A DNA stretch of 42,355 nt, from UHGV virus genome UHGV-0194685; one strand, written 5' to 3'. The notes under the pieces are model-generated. The model ran no database searches, was not told where the DNA came from, and was given only the letters and a program-made list of their open reading frames with translations. The translations under genes were made by a program, and so were the position numbers. This DNA is from a virus. Numbering within the stretch: position 1 is the stretch's first letter; every line of letters starts with the position of its first letter. Below, in pieces: positions 35,015 to 42,355 of the stretch.

Positions 35015-36862
35015 TTGTTTAAGACAAAAGAAGAAGTCATCGTCATTCAAGCAGAAGCCACTGATCCGATAACAACTGGAGTCGTTTTCTGGTCGCATGA
35101 TAAAGGGACAGCGAAGCTGTTGTTCCAGCTTAAAAAAGGTACTGTCAGTCAAACACTGGCCAAAGGAACGATTGTGCCGATTTGCCTTGTATTTAATGGA
35201 GGACGGCACATCTATCACGCAGTGATTGAGGATGCGGTAAATGGAATTGTATCAATTGTTCTAGAAGATAATATTTTAGGCTACGTTGGTCGCGTAGAGG
35301 GGTCAATTTATATTGAGTTACCTGATTCGCGTTCACTCGATACCGCTGGACGGTTTACGTTTGATATTAAACGATCACCAATAGATGAGAATGTTCCTGA
35401 GTTAAAAGACTATTACTGGCAAGGATTTAACGAGATCATGGCGCAATATCATCAAACAATAGCTACTATCAAACTAGAAGCTAAAGCATTACTTGATAGT
35501 CTAACTGCTGATGTTACGACAGCTCAAAGTAAGATCACTCAGTTAGAACAAAGTATCACGACAGCTAACACGAATTTGAATGCTCGCATCGATGAAATAA
35601 ATAAGAAGATTGATGACAATGACGTATTCACGAAAGCAGAATCCTCCGCAAACGTGATCGATCAAGTAAGTGGTAAAGAAAAAACGACAATTAATTTCGT
35701 AATGGATTTTAAGAATAAAACCGCTGGCTCAGATGTTGAAAATCCTCATCGGTGGTCGGCTCAGTCTTTTGGTACGCTGTTATCACCAACTTCAGCTTGG
35801 TTACCTAATGGTCAGAATAGAATTGATCAAATCAAGAATTTAGATGGAGTCGTCACAGGCACATCGACTTCAACAAATGGACGAATGGAGCAAAATTTAG
35901 CAGCTTGGAATATCTTTGAAATTGTAAAACGGCGATTAGGAGATGAGTATTTCACCTCGCAAGGAGCAATAACAACTGCTAGCAAAGTAGCGATTTTGAG
36001 AAAGATTATTACAAAGGCTAATTATAAAACGTACGGATTTGGCTTGGGTGCATCGGGTAATAAAATCAGCAGTACAGTTTTTGGTAATGTTGAAAAATCA
36101 TACTCACTTGAAACTTCGCACTCAAATTCAACAATTACAGAAATAGGTGCTGATATACCTACTGATCAGTTAGATACCTTCATTTCGGAGGAGGGCGTCA
36201 TTTTTATAAACACTTATGCTGGTGCTACTGACGGTGTTATCCCTTCAAAAATAAGCGTTGACTACGTTAGTGTTGAATTCACTATTGAAGTATCAGCAAA
36301 TGAAATTATTAAGTCAGAGATCGCGGCCAATCACAGAGAAAATCTTGCTACTCAAGAAGAGGCAGAATTAGGTGAAGACAATACAAAAACGATGACACCT
36401 CTCAGAACTGCCCAACAAATTGATGAAAAAGCAGTGAGTATAGTTGGTAATCAGACTGTCTTAGGAACCAAAGATTTCCAAGATGGGATTTTAGTAGCAG
36501 GAAAAAAGCCCGTGCTGACGAAAGCAACCACGGATTACGCAATCACCGATTCTACGGTGAATCCCGCAATGTTCGGTGGAGGATACATCAAACTCTATCG
36601 CCGAGGAGATTTAGTTTATCTAACTGCATCTTTCAAATTAGCAGTTGAAAAGTTTAATCAAGGGGTTTGGTTTAATCCGCCGGATTGGGCAAGACCTATA
36701 GACAATGCGCGATTTAATTTGAAGCGTGAGGATAATACAAACGCGCTTTTTATATTTAATTCACCAGGTAACGGAGACAATACAATTATTTGTTCAGATA
36801 ACATTGCTGCGAATACTTGGCTTAATGGTTCAGCAAGTTGGATGGCAAGAGACCCATACTAA
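35015..36862 (+). CDS. tail fibre / receptor-binding protein
   Basis: 615 aa with a central coiled-coil segment and a large C-terminal domain; assigned by position. The start is a TTG. Confidence 0.55.
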   Translation: MFKTKEEVIVIQAEATDPITTGVVFWSHDKGTAKLLFQLKKGTVSQTLAKGTIVPICLVFNGGRHIYHAVIEDAVNGIVSIVLEDNILGYVGRVEGSIYIELPDSRSLDTAGRFTFDIKRSPIDENVPELKDYYWQGFNEIMAQYHQTIATIKLEAKALLDSLTADVTTAQSKITQLEQSITTANTNLNARIDEINKKIDDNDVFTKAESSANVIDQVSGKEKTTINFVMDFKNKTAGSDVENPHRWSAQSFGTLLSPTSAWLPNGQNRIDQIKNLDGVVTGTSTSTNGRMEQNLAAWNIFEIVKRRLGDEYFTSQGAITTASKVAILRKIITKANYKTYGFGLGASGNKISSTVFGNVEKSYSLETSHSNSTITEIGADIPTDQLDTFISEEGVIFINTYAGATDGVIPSKISVDYVSVEFTIEVSANEIIKSEIAANHRENLATQEEAELGEDNTKTMTPLRTAQQIDEKAVSIVGNQTVLGTKDFQDGILVAGKKPVLTKATTDYAITDSTVNPAMFGGGYIKLYRRGDLVYLTASFKLAVEKFNQGVWFNPPDWARPIDNARFNLKREDNTNALFIFNSPGNGDNTIICSDNIAANTWLNGSASWMARDPY

Positions 36863-36878
36863 AGGGAGGAAAATATAA

Positions 36879-37223
36879 ATGAAGAAAATATATAAGGTTC
36901 AATATCCGATCGGATTTGAAGTCCATGAGGTAGAAGATGACTTTCCAACTTCTATTCCGTTTGTGGAAGATGTGCCGATTCAGAATTTGAAAGATCCGCA
37001 ATCTCAGTTCTATAATTTCTCTAAAAATAAATGGGAAGAAGTCTTCACTCAGAATTACTCTGAACAAATTGAAATGCTTGAAGTACTTACGGAAGCAGTT
37101 CAAAGAGAAAACGAAGAGCTTAAGAAAGCAGCTGAAGAGCAGGCGATTCAAACGACGGATACGCAACTAGCGATAGCCGAAGTTTATGAGATGTTGGTTT
37201 CTGCAAGCAAGGAGGCTAAATAA
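36879..37223 (+). CDS. hypothetical tail-module protein (114 aa)
   Basis: ORF-track ORF with a GGGAGGAAAA RBS. Confidence 0.5.
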   Translation: MKKIYKVQYPIGFEVHEVEDDFPTSIPFVEDVPIQNLKDPQSQFYNFSKNKWEEVFTQNYSEQIEMLEVLTEAVQRENEELKKAAEEQAIQTTDTQLAIAEVYEMLVSASKEAK

Positions 37224-37337
37224 ATGGCAAATATTTACGTCAATTTGATTCAGAAAGGTCTGAGAACTATTGAAGAAGTACCTAAAACAATCAGAAATGA
37301 AGTACAAGCAATCCTGGATGCAGAAACTGCGGATTAG
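37224..37337 (+). CDS. XkdX-like small protein (37 aa)
   Basis: MANIYVNLIQKGLRTIEEVPKTIRNEV... with an AAGGAGG RBS. It is below the track cutoff. Confidence 0.45.
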   Translation: MANIYVNLIQKGLRTIEEVPKTIRNEVQAILDAETAD

Positions 37338-37374
37338 GATTGCTTTTTATTTACTGCAAAAGGAGGTGAAAGAA

Positions 37375-37500
37375 ATGTTAGTAGTCTATGCGACGTTAAT
37401 TATCAAAGGTAAGAAGACGATCGAACAAGTACCTGGTCTGATCCGCGAACAAGTGAGAGAAATTTTGATGGATATGGATTTGCCTGAATTGGCAGAGTAA
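37375..37500 (+). CDS. XkdX-like small protein, paralog (41 aa)
   Basis: MLVVYATLIIKGKKTIEQVPGLIREQV... with an AAAGGAGGTG RBS. It lies inside the track ORF 37270..37500. Confidence 0.45.
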   Translation: MLVVYATLIIKGKKTIEQVPGLIREQVREILMDMDLPELAE

Positions 37501-37537
37501 CAATTTAGCCTCGTTTTTAACGGGGCTAATTATTTAG

Positions 37538-37798
37538 TTGGAAGGCGGGGGAGTTTTGAAAGATGATACTGCACAAGATGTTATTGAGCGCTTAGTGCGC
37601 ATTGAAACAAAACTTGATAATTACGAGGCATTGAGAGAGAAGGCGGATGCTGCGAAAGATGTGGCGGATCACGCATATTCTATTGCACTCAACAATGCTG
37701 ATGACATCAAAGAAATTAAAGCAAATAACAAATGGTCATGGGGGTACATGATCGGTTTAGGTATTACTATATTAGGCTATTTCTTAACTAAGTTATAG
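37538..37798 (+). CDS. XhlA-like protein (coiled coil plus C-terminal TM)
   Basis: 86 aa, with the C-terminal segment WSWGYMIGLGITILGYFLTKL hydrophobic. Confidence 0.5.
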   Translation: MEGGGVLKDDTAQDVIERLVRIETKLDNYEALREKADAAKDVADHAYSIALNNADDIKEIKANNKWSWGYMIGLGITILGYFLTKL

Positions 37799-37801
37799 GA
37801 G

Positions 37802-38023
37802 GTGAATCGCATGCAAAATAAGACGTTTGAGATTTTAAAATGGATTGCATTAATTGTCATACCCGCATTGGCCACTTTTGTTGGCTTAGTAGGAAAGGCA
37901 GTCAACTGGGAATATACCGATGTTGTAGTAATTATCATTACTGGATTAGGAGCTTTTCTGGGAACAGTTTTAGGGGTGTCCAACCGGACATACAAGATGT
38001 TTCCCAATGATGAAAAAGAATAG
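37802..38023 (+). CDS. holin (two TM helices)
   Basis: 73 aa with two hydrophobic helices. It lies directly upstream of the endolysin. An ATG at 37811 is the likely real start. Confidence 0.7.
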   Translation: MNRMQNKTFEILKWIALIVIPALATFVGLVGKAVNWEYTDVVVIIITGLGAFLGTVLGVSNRTYKMFPNDEKE

Positions 38024-38036
38024 TAGGAGGAACAAA

Positions 38037-39044
38037 ATGAAAAAGAAAATTACTTTATTGAGCCTTTTAATGGTTCTTTTTTTATTGCCGACAACAGGCT
38101 TTGCATATACCATCAATAACGAATTTAATTTAGGCCCTGGTGAGGGAAGTTCAATCCGAGCGAATCCAAATTATATTGTGGCGCATGATACTGCAAATCC
38201 AAATGCAACAGGTCGTAACGAAGCGACGTTCATGAAACGGAATTGGGCAAATGCCTATACTGCTTATATCGTTGGTGATGGAATTGTTTACCAAGTAGGT
38301 GAACCAGGTTATGTGCAGTACGGAGGCGGCTCTTATGCCAATGCAAATTCACCAGTACAAATTGAATTGCAAGCGACGCCGAATCCTGCACTATTTAAAC
38401 AGAATTATAAGGTTTATATTGAATTAATTCGTGACAGCGCGAAACGGTTTAATATCCCTCTTACTGTAGACAGTCCAGTAGGCGGCAAAGGGGTCATCAG
38501 TCACCAATACATTTCTACGAATTGGTGGGGCGATCATACGGACCCGTATGGCTATTTAGCAAGTCAGGGTGTGTCTCAAGCGCAATTTGCGCATGATGTG
38601 AAGTATGGGTTTGAATCAAACGAGAACAAGCCTGCACCGACTCCAAGCAAACCCGTAGATCCAACTACCGCAGGATCAGGGTATTCTGTACTGAACGATG
38701 GCAAAGGAAACCATGCTCATGTTGATCAATGGGGACGAATCGGAAACACCTTGAAGGCTCGTGGGTGGCATATTGCTAATTACAAGTATCAATATGTATT
38801 TATTATTGATCGGACCACTGGCAAAGAATTGGCACGCCAGAAAGCACCTGGAGTTTCACGGCCGGATGTGAATACAGCATATAAAACGGCTGGAAGTGTT
38901 GGCTACGATGTGAACTTTAATGCGAAACAATTTAGTGGCAAATCAATTGTCGTGATGACCCGTGCGACAAATGATGCTAGTGGTAACGTTAGTGGAGGTC
39001 ATCAAGATTTTTATGAAACTCGCTGGTATCACGATATTAAATAA
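38037..39044 (+). CDS. endolysin with an N-terminal signal peptide (amidase-like catalytic domain plus C-terminal binding domain)
   Basis: MKKKITLLSLLMVLFLLPTTGFA is a signal sequence. It is followed by a catalytic region NYIVAHDTANPNATGRNEATFM. An AGGAGG RBS is present. It is the last late gene before attP. Confidence 0.7.
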   Translation: MKKKITLLSLLMVLFLLPTTGFAYTINNEFNLGPGEGSSIRANPNYIVAHDTANPNATGRNEATFMKRNWANAYTAYIVGDGIVYQVGEPGYVQYGGGSYANANSPVQIELQATPNPALFKQNYKVYIELIRDSAKRFNIPLTVDSPVGGKGVISHQYISTNWWGDHTDPYGYLASQGVSQAQFAHDVKYGFESNENKPAPTPSKPVDPTTAGSGYSVLNDGKGNHAHVDQWGRIGNTLKARGWHIANYKYQYVFIIDRTTGKELARQKAPGVSRPDVNTAYKTAGSVGYDVNFNAKQFSGKSIVVMTRATNDASGNVSGGHQDFYETRWYHDIK

Positions 39045-39053
39045 AGGAAAACA

Positions 39054-39092
39054 CCCTCTACAGCCTTAGTTGGTTGTGGAGGGTTTATTTTT
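39054..39092 (+). terminator. Rho-independent terminator after the lysis genes
   Basis: CCCTCTACA-N12-TGTGGAGGG stem followed by TTTATTTTT. Confidence 0.6.
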
Positions 39093-39100
39093 ATGCATAA

Positions 39101-39131
39101 AAAAGGGGCAAAAAAGGGGCAAATGTTTGCC
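39101..39131. repeat. attP-region repeats: AAAAGGGGCA x2, then GGCAAA-TG-TTTGCC palindrome
   Basis: Seen directly. The same arrangement recurs at 39307-39340, overlapping the integrase stop. Confidence 0.45.
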
Positions 39132-39268
39132 AATGTTATCAAATAATCAGTAATAAAGCGTTGCGGAAAGGTCGGAAAAACATTGATATGACAACAATTA
39201 GCAACATTTGTTTAGCAGTAATCCAACTAAGTAGGATCCGGCATGTGTCTTTTATAAACTGCGTAACA

Positions 39269-39296
39269 GCAAGCCTGAGAGCTTGCTTTTTTATTT
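39269..39296 (+). terminator. hairpin plus T-tract (GCAAGC-ctgaga-GCTTGC-TTTTTTATTT)
   Basis: Seen directly. It lies within the lysin-integrase (attP) gap and may be a second terminator for late read-through. Confidence 0.4.
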
Positions 39297-39306
39297 GTCA
39301 AAAACC

Positions 39307-39340
39307 AAAAGGGGCAGAAAAGGGGCAAAACTCATTTGCC
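39307..39340. repeat. attP-region repeats: AAAAGGGGCA, GAAAAGGGGCA, then GGCAAA-actca-TTTGCC
   Basis: Second copy of the 39101-39131 arrangement. These are candidate integrase arm/core binding sites. Confidence 0.45.
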
Positions 39341-40468
39341 TTTAGCATTAAGCCTTTCAACAATACTAGCCTTTGTCTTCTTGGTTACATGGGTGTATAT
39401 CTTCATTGTTGTTTCCATGTCGGAGTGTCCTACACGTTCCATGATCGCTTTTACAGGTATGTTCAATTCAGCAAGTAGCGAGATGTGAGAGTGTCTAAAA
39501 ATATGGCTAGACATTTTCTTTTTGATAGCATCTTTACCAAGCTTGTCATTCATAGTCTTTAGCGAGTTATTAAATGCATTGATTTGAATCGGCTTGCCTG
39601 TCTTACCAACAAAGAGGTAAGGAGTTCTACACTTAAATTTTAACTTATTTTCTAAAATCAATTCATCGAGTATCTCAATCGCTCGATTAGATAGATCGAT
39701 TTCACGATATGATGCTAGGGTCTTAGGCATCTCTTTTTTTGCATTTTTATAGCCGTCCGAATAATCTAAAGTACCAATAACCTTTATAGTTTGGCTATTC
39801 GGATCGTAATCATCAATTGTGAGGCTTATAGCTTCGCCTGCACGCAGTCCAGTTAAATACATGAACTCAGCTAACCTTCCGTGATGGACGCTCTGAAACG
39901 TGCTGTAATAGACGTTCAATAGCTTGTTGATTTCTTCTTCTTCTAAATACTTATCTTCCACTCTTTCATAATTTTCTTTTGTTAAAGCTGGTTTAGGAAC
40001 TTTCGCCCTGTTAATAGGATTAATTTTGATCATTTCCATATCCACTGCATAATCAAGCGCCATTTTTAGCACACTTCGAAACTTCTTCTTATATTCGTAA
40101 GATTGAGGTAACTCATTTATGAAATCTTGATAAAATCTTGTGTCTGTATTTCGCACCACCGCAGCAGTGTTAATATTCTTTCGTATGTATTTCAAAAGTT
40201 TTTCATAATTAACTTGTGATGATTGGCGAATAGAAACCTTATGCTGATTCCACCACGCATCTAATAGCTCGCCAAGTGTAATCTTGATTTGATTCTTTTC
40301 TTCGATCTTCTTATCAATTTTTTCTTGAAGTTCTATGTTTGCTTGCTTCTTAGCTTGATTAGATTTGCTGTTAAGTGTGAGGGAAACTTTTCTGCTTTTT
40401 TCTGTGTATGGGTCAATGTATCGTTCAGAATATTTGTATTTACCGTTCGGTAATTCTTCAATCCACAT
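39332..40468 (-). CDS. int: tyrosine integrase
   Basis: 378 aa with C-terminal motifs HIFRHSHISLL...VGHSDMETTMKIYTHV (R..H.xR...Y catalytic region). Confidence 0.9.
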   Translation of the reverse strand: MWIEELPNGKYKYSERYIDPYTEKSRKVSLTLNSKSNQAKKQANIELQEKIDKKIEEKNQIKITLGELLDAWWNQHKVSIRQSSQVNYEKLLKYIRKNINTAAVVRNTDTRFYQDFINELPQSYEYKKKFRSVLKMALDYAVDMEMIKINPINRAKVPKPALTKENYERVEDKYLEEEEINKLLNVYYSTFQSVHHGRLAEFMYLTGLRAGEAISLTIDDYDPNSQTIKVIGTLDYSDGYKNAKKEMPKTLASYREIDLSNRAIEILDELILENKLKFKCRTPYLFVGKTGKPIQINAFNNSLKTMNDKLGKDAIKKKMSSHIFRHSHISLLAELNIPVKAIMERVGHSDMETTMKIYTHVTKKTKASIVERLNAKGK

Positions 40469-40541
40469 GTTTATTCAACTCCTTAAATGGAACGTATGTT
40501 CTTTTTTATTGTTAGTAAAGAGCCCCAGAAGTGGGGCAGCA

Positions 40542-41156
40542 TTAGTATGAACCAACCCATGAAGCATTAGCAAAATAAACTTCATAATCAGGCGTATCAT
40601 TCATTATATCGAAATAAGCGATACCTGTAGCAGATTTACTCGGTTGAATTGTTTCGGAATAAAAATCTCTTGAATTTAGTTCGGCTTTCATATTGTTACC
40701 ATCATAGAAATCTAATTGATGCGACGTAGCTTCAAAAGGTTGGTCGCCCAAATTTGTCACTGTAAAAGTAACTTTAGCAAAGTATCCGTTTTGAGGAATA
40801 TAATAGTCTCCATCCCCCATATCTTTTTCCACTGAATCAATCTTTACATCAATCATATCTCCGGACTCACTTTTAAACGGTTGGCTTTGACCGATAGAGG
40901 CAGAGGCGGCATTACTCGGGCTAGAACTGTCATCACCGACATATTCAGAATCGGGCTTAGGAGCGTTTTCGTCTGAAACTTGCTGCTTTGCCTTCTCAAA
41001 TTCCGAGTCGAAATCGTAACTGCTTGTTCCAGAAATTGAAGATTCAGTTTCGCTAGAATTGCTATTCACTATTCCGCTAATAATGAATATTGAAGCAACA
41101 ATAAACAATCCTAATATTACCCAAATAATTGGATTTTTAAATTCACTTTTATTCAT
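40542..41156 (-). CDS. membrane-anchored protein with an extracytoplasmic beta-rich domain (DUF4352-like), in the lysogeny operon
   Basis: An N-terminal TM segment IIWVILGLFIVASIFIISGIV is followed by an S/D-rich linker and a ~110-aa domain. It is co-oriented with, and immediately downstream of, the repressor gene. Confidence 0.55.
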   Translation of the reverse strand: MNKSEFKNPIIWVILGLFIVASIFIISGIVNSNSSETESSISGTSSYDFDSEFEKAKQQVSDENAPKPDSEYVGDDSSSPSNAASASIGQSQPFKSESGDMIDVKIDSVEKDMGDGDYYIPQNGYFAKVTFTVTNLGDQPFEATSHQLDFYDGNNMKAELNSRDFYSETIQPSKSATGIAYFDIMNDTPDYEVYFANASWVGSY

Positions 41157-41170
41157 TTTATTCCCTCCGA

Positions 41171-41827
41171 TTAATATTTTCTTTTACTGGGATTAGCCAT
41201 ATCCCACACAACTTTTCCTTCTATGCAAATCTCACTAAGCGTAATTGGGTCATCTATCATCCATGGTTTGAAACTATCATCATAAGAATCGGGCTGTAGC
41301 ACTAAGAGATTTTTCCCGCATATAACTCTTTTTACAGTCGTCTCATCTCCGTTTATTCTGACTGCGTAAACTAAACCAGATTCGATCTCTGCATCAGGAT
41401 CAATAACTAATAATTGTCCGTCTGGAAATAACCTATTCATCGATTCACCCGATGTTTCGAGAAGATAGCCATTTGGATAATTTTCCTTAATCTCTGCGGG
41501 CACTTGGATTTCTTCGGGATTTGAGTAGGTGACTAAAGGTTTACCCGCAACTATGGTTCCTATTAAAGGCATGGTTTCTCTAGAACCTATCAACCTTGGT
41601 TTAACAACTCCTGGTAAAGAATAGTAATCAATACTGTACAGGTTTGATAGTTTAATCAAAATTGAATCTGGAAACGGCAATTTCCCATTTTCGTATTTAG
41701 ATAGTGTAGCATTATTAAGCCCCAATTTAGGAGCTATTTCCAGTTGGCTTAACTTCTTTTCTTTTCTTGCTTGTTTCATTATTGCTGCAACTTTTAATTG
41801 ATCTTCATTTAATTTATCTATCGCCAT
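41171..41827 (-). CDS. cI: CI-like repressor (XRE HTH plus S24 LexA-like autopeptidase)
   Basis: HTH region LSQLEIAPKLGLNNATLSKYENGK. The S24 region has the motifs GESM and VKRV. An ATG at 41825-41827 is the likely start, whereas the track starts at a TTG (41830). Confidence 0.85.
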   Translation of the reverse strand: MAIDKLNEDQLKVAAIMKQARKEKKLSQLEIAPKLGLNNATLSKYENGKLPFPDSILIKLSNLYSIDYYSLPGVVKPRLIGSRETMPLIGTIVAGKPLVTYSNPEEIQVPAEIKENYPNGYLLETSGESMNRLFPDGQLLVIDPDAEIESGLVYAVRINGDETTVKRVICGKNLLVLQPDSYDDSFKPWMIDDPITLSEICIEGKVVWDMANPSKRKY

Positions 41828-41861
41828 CAATAAACACCACTTTTCCTTTAGAACTAAATTT

Positions 41862-41943
41862 ACTATAACATTTTTGCTTTATAGGCAAAAGAATTATTTT
41901 AATCAAAAAATAGTTTGCTTGTAGGCAAATATCGTGTTATAGT
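41862..41943. promoter_or_regulatory. divergent lysogeny/lytic promoters with operators O1 (41873-41889) and O2 (41914-41929)
   Basis: Operator sites are TTTGCTTTATAGGCAAA and TTTGCTTGTAGGCAAA. Plus strand: -35 TTGCTT at 41915, a 17-nt spacer, then extended -10 TGtTATAGT at 41935-41943. A mirrored TGtTATAGT lies on the minus strand at 41862-41870. Confidence 0.55.
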
Positions 41944-41975
41944 CAATTTGTAATAACGAAGGGAGGTAAAAATAA

Positions 41976-42203
41976 GTGTTATTAAATTTAAAAAAAATCG
42001 AAACAACGAGAAAGTCTAACAAGAAAAGTGTTACTGAAATGGGATTAATAATGGGAATGAATGGCGCTTCTTATTGGAAAAAGGAAAATGGAATTTATTC
42101 TTTTAATGCCAATGAGTTGCCTATTTTAATGGACGCTTTGGGGAAGGACATCACTGAATTACCTGAATTTTTTTTAGATGACAATTTGCCCATAAGCAAA
42201 TAA
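41976..42203 (+). CDS. cro: Cro-like HTH regulator
   Basis: 75 aa divergent from cI, with a GTG start and a GGGAGG RBS. Has an HTH-like segment. Confidence 0.65.
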   Translation: MLLNLKKIETTRKSNKKSVTEMGLIMGMNGASYWKKENGIYSFNANELPILMDALGKDITELPEFFLDDNLPISK

Positions 42204-42215
42204 TTTGTTATTTAT

Positions 42216-42232
42216 TTTGCTTTTAAAGCAAA
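42216..42232. promoter_or_regulatory. perfect palindrome TTTGCTTTTAAAGCAAA (operator O3) downstream of cro
   Basis: Belongs to the same TTTGC-N-GCAAA family as O1 and O2. A further match, TTTGCCCATAAGCAAA, lies at 42185-42200. Confidence 0.45.
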
Positions 42233-42355
42233 AAGGCAAATACTTGTTCTGCTGTGAAACATTACAATAGACAAAAGTTATTTAGTTGTTATGGAAATTC
42301 ATAAAAGCTGTGAAACATATTGTCCCAATTTATTAAATAACGTAAAGGAGGATAA

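Noticed and set aside
39161-39478. Plus-strand 105-aa ORF between lysin and integrase
   Set aside because: It runs through the attP repeats and a terminator hairpin, and its 3' end overlaps the integrase antisense. It has a TTG start and no convincing RBS.
1-42355. CRISPR arrays, CBASS/retron/DGR-type defence systems, toxin genes of known families
   Set aside because: No regularly spaced repeat arrays are present. Every ORF over 200 aa is accounted for by phage replication, structural, lysis or lysogeny functions. Any accessory system must involve the small ORFs or ncRNA flagged above.

Overview
The window reads as a complete, circularly permuted ~42.4 kb temperate siphovirus genome from a low-GC Gram-positive host; composition and gene content look Enterococcus/Lactobacillales-like. 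Gene order, wrapping across the window ends, is as follows. (1) 1-2.6 kb: early genes next to cro, plus a small bidirectional 'moron' island. (2) 2.7-9.1 kb: an Sfi21-type replication module (Gp157-like protein, Sak4-like ATPase, SF2 helicase, DUF669-like protein, Prim-Pol/P4-type primase-helicase) followed by an iteron origin. (3) 9.1-15.3 kb: about 25 small early or accessory ORFs, including a VRR-NUC nuclease, two YopX paralogs and an ArpU-type late regulator. (4) 15.3-16.3 kb: a ~1 kb ORF-free, visibly more G+C-rich, hairpin-dense region that carries a tRNA-like element and ends in an intrinsic terminator; this is a candidate large ornate ncRNA of the GOLLD/ROOL class. (5) 16.7-39 kb: HNH endonuclease, small and large terminase, portal, ClpP-like protease, HK97-like capsid, neck proteins, major tail protein, G/G-T chaperone with a -1 frameshift, a 2073-aa tape measure with two lytic domains, Dit, a Tal-like protein, a beta-helix protein and a fibre, XkdX x2, XhlA-like protein, holin and a signal-peptide endolysin. 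(6) 39-42.3 kb: attP, tyrosine integrase, DUF4352-like membrane protein, S24-type CI repressor and Cro, with TTTGC-N-GCAAA operators. The three most unusual observations are these. (i) The candidate giant ncRNA. (ii) The major capsid and major tail genes each terminate at a -1 slippery site. Each is followed by a 21-codon -1-frame extension whose peptide is conserved between the two (SPxVxxVxPTxxGATIAL), with synonymous codon-family switches. (iii) A bidirectional cluster of tiny ORFs absent from the ORF track at 0.5-2.4 kb: a zinc-ribbon protein and toxin-like TM peptides.
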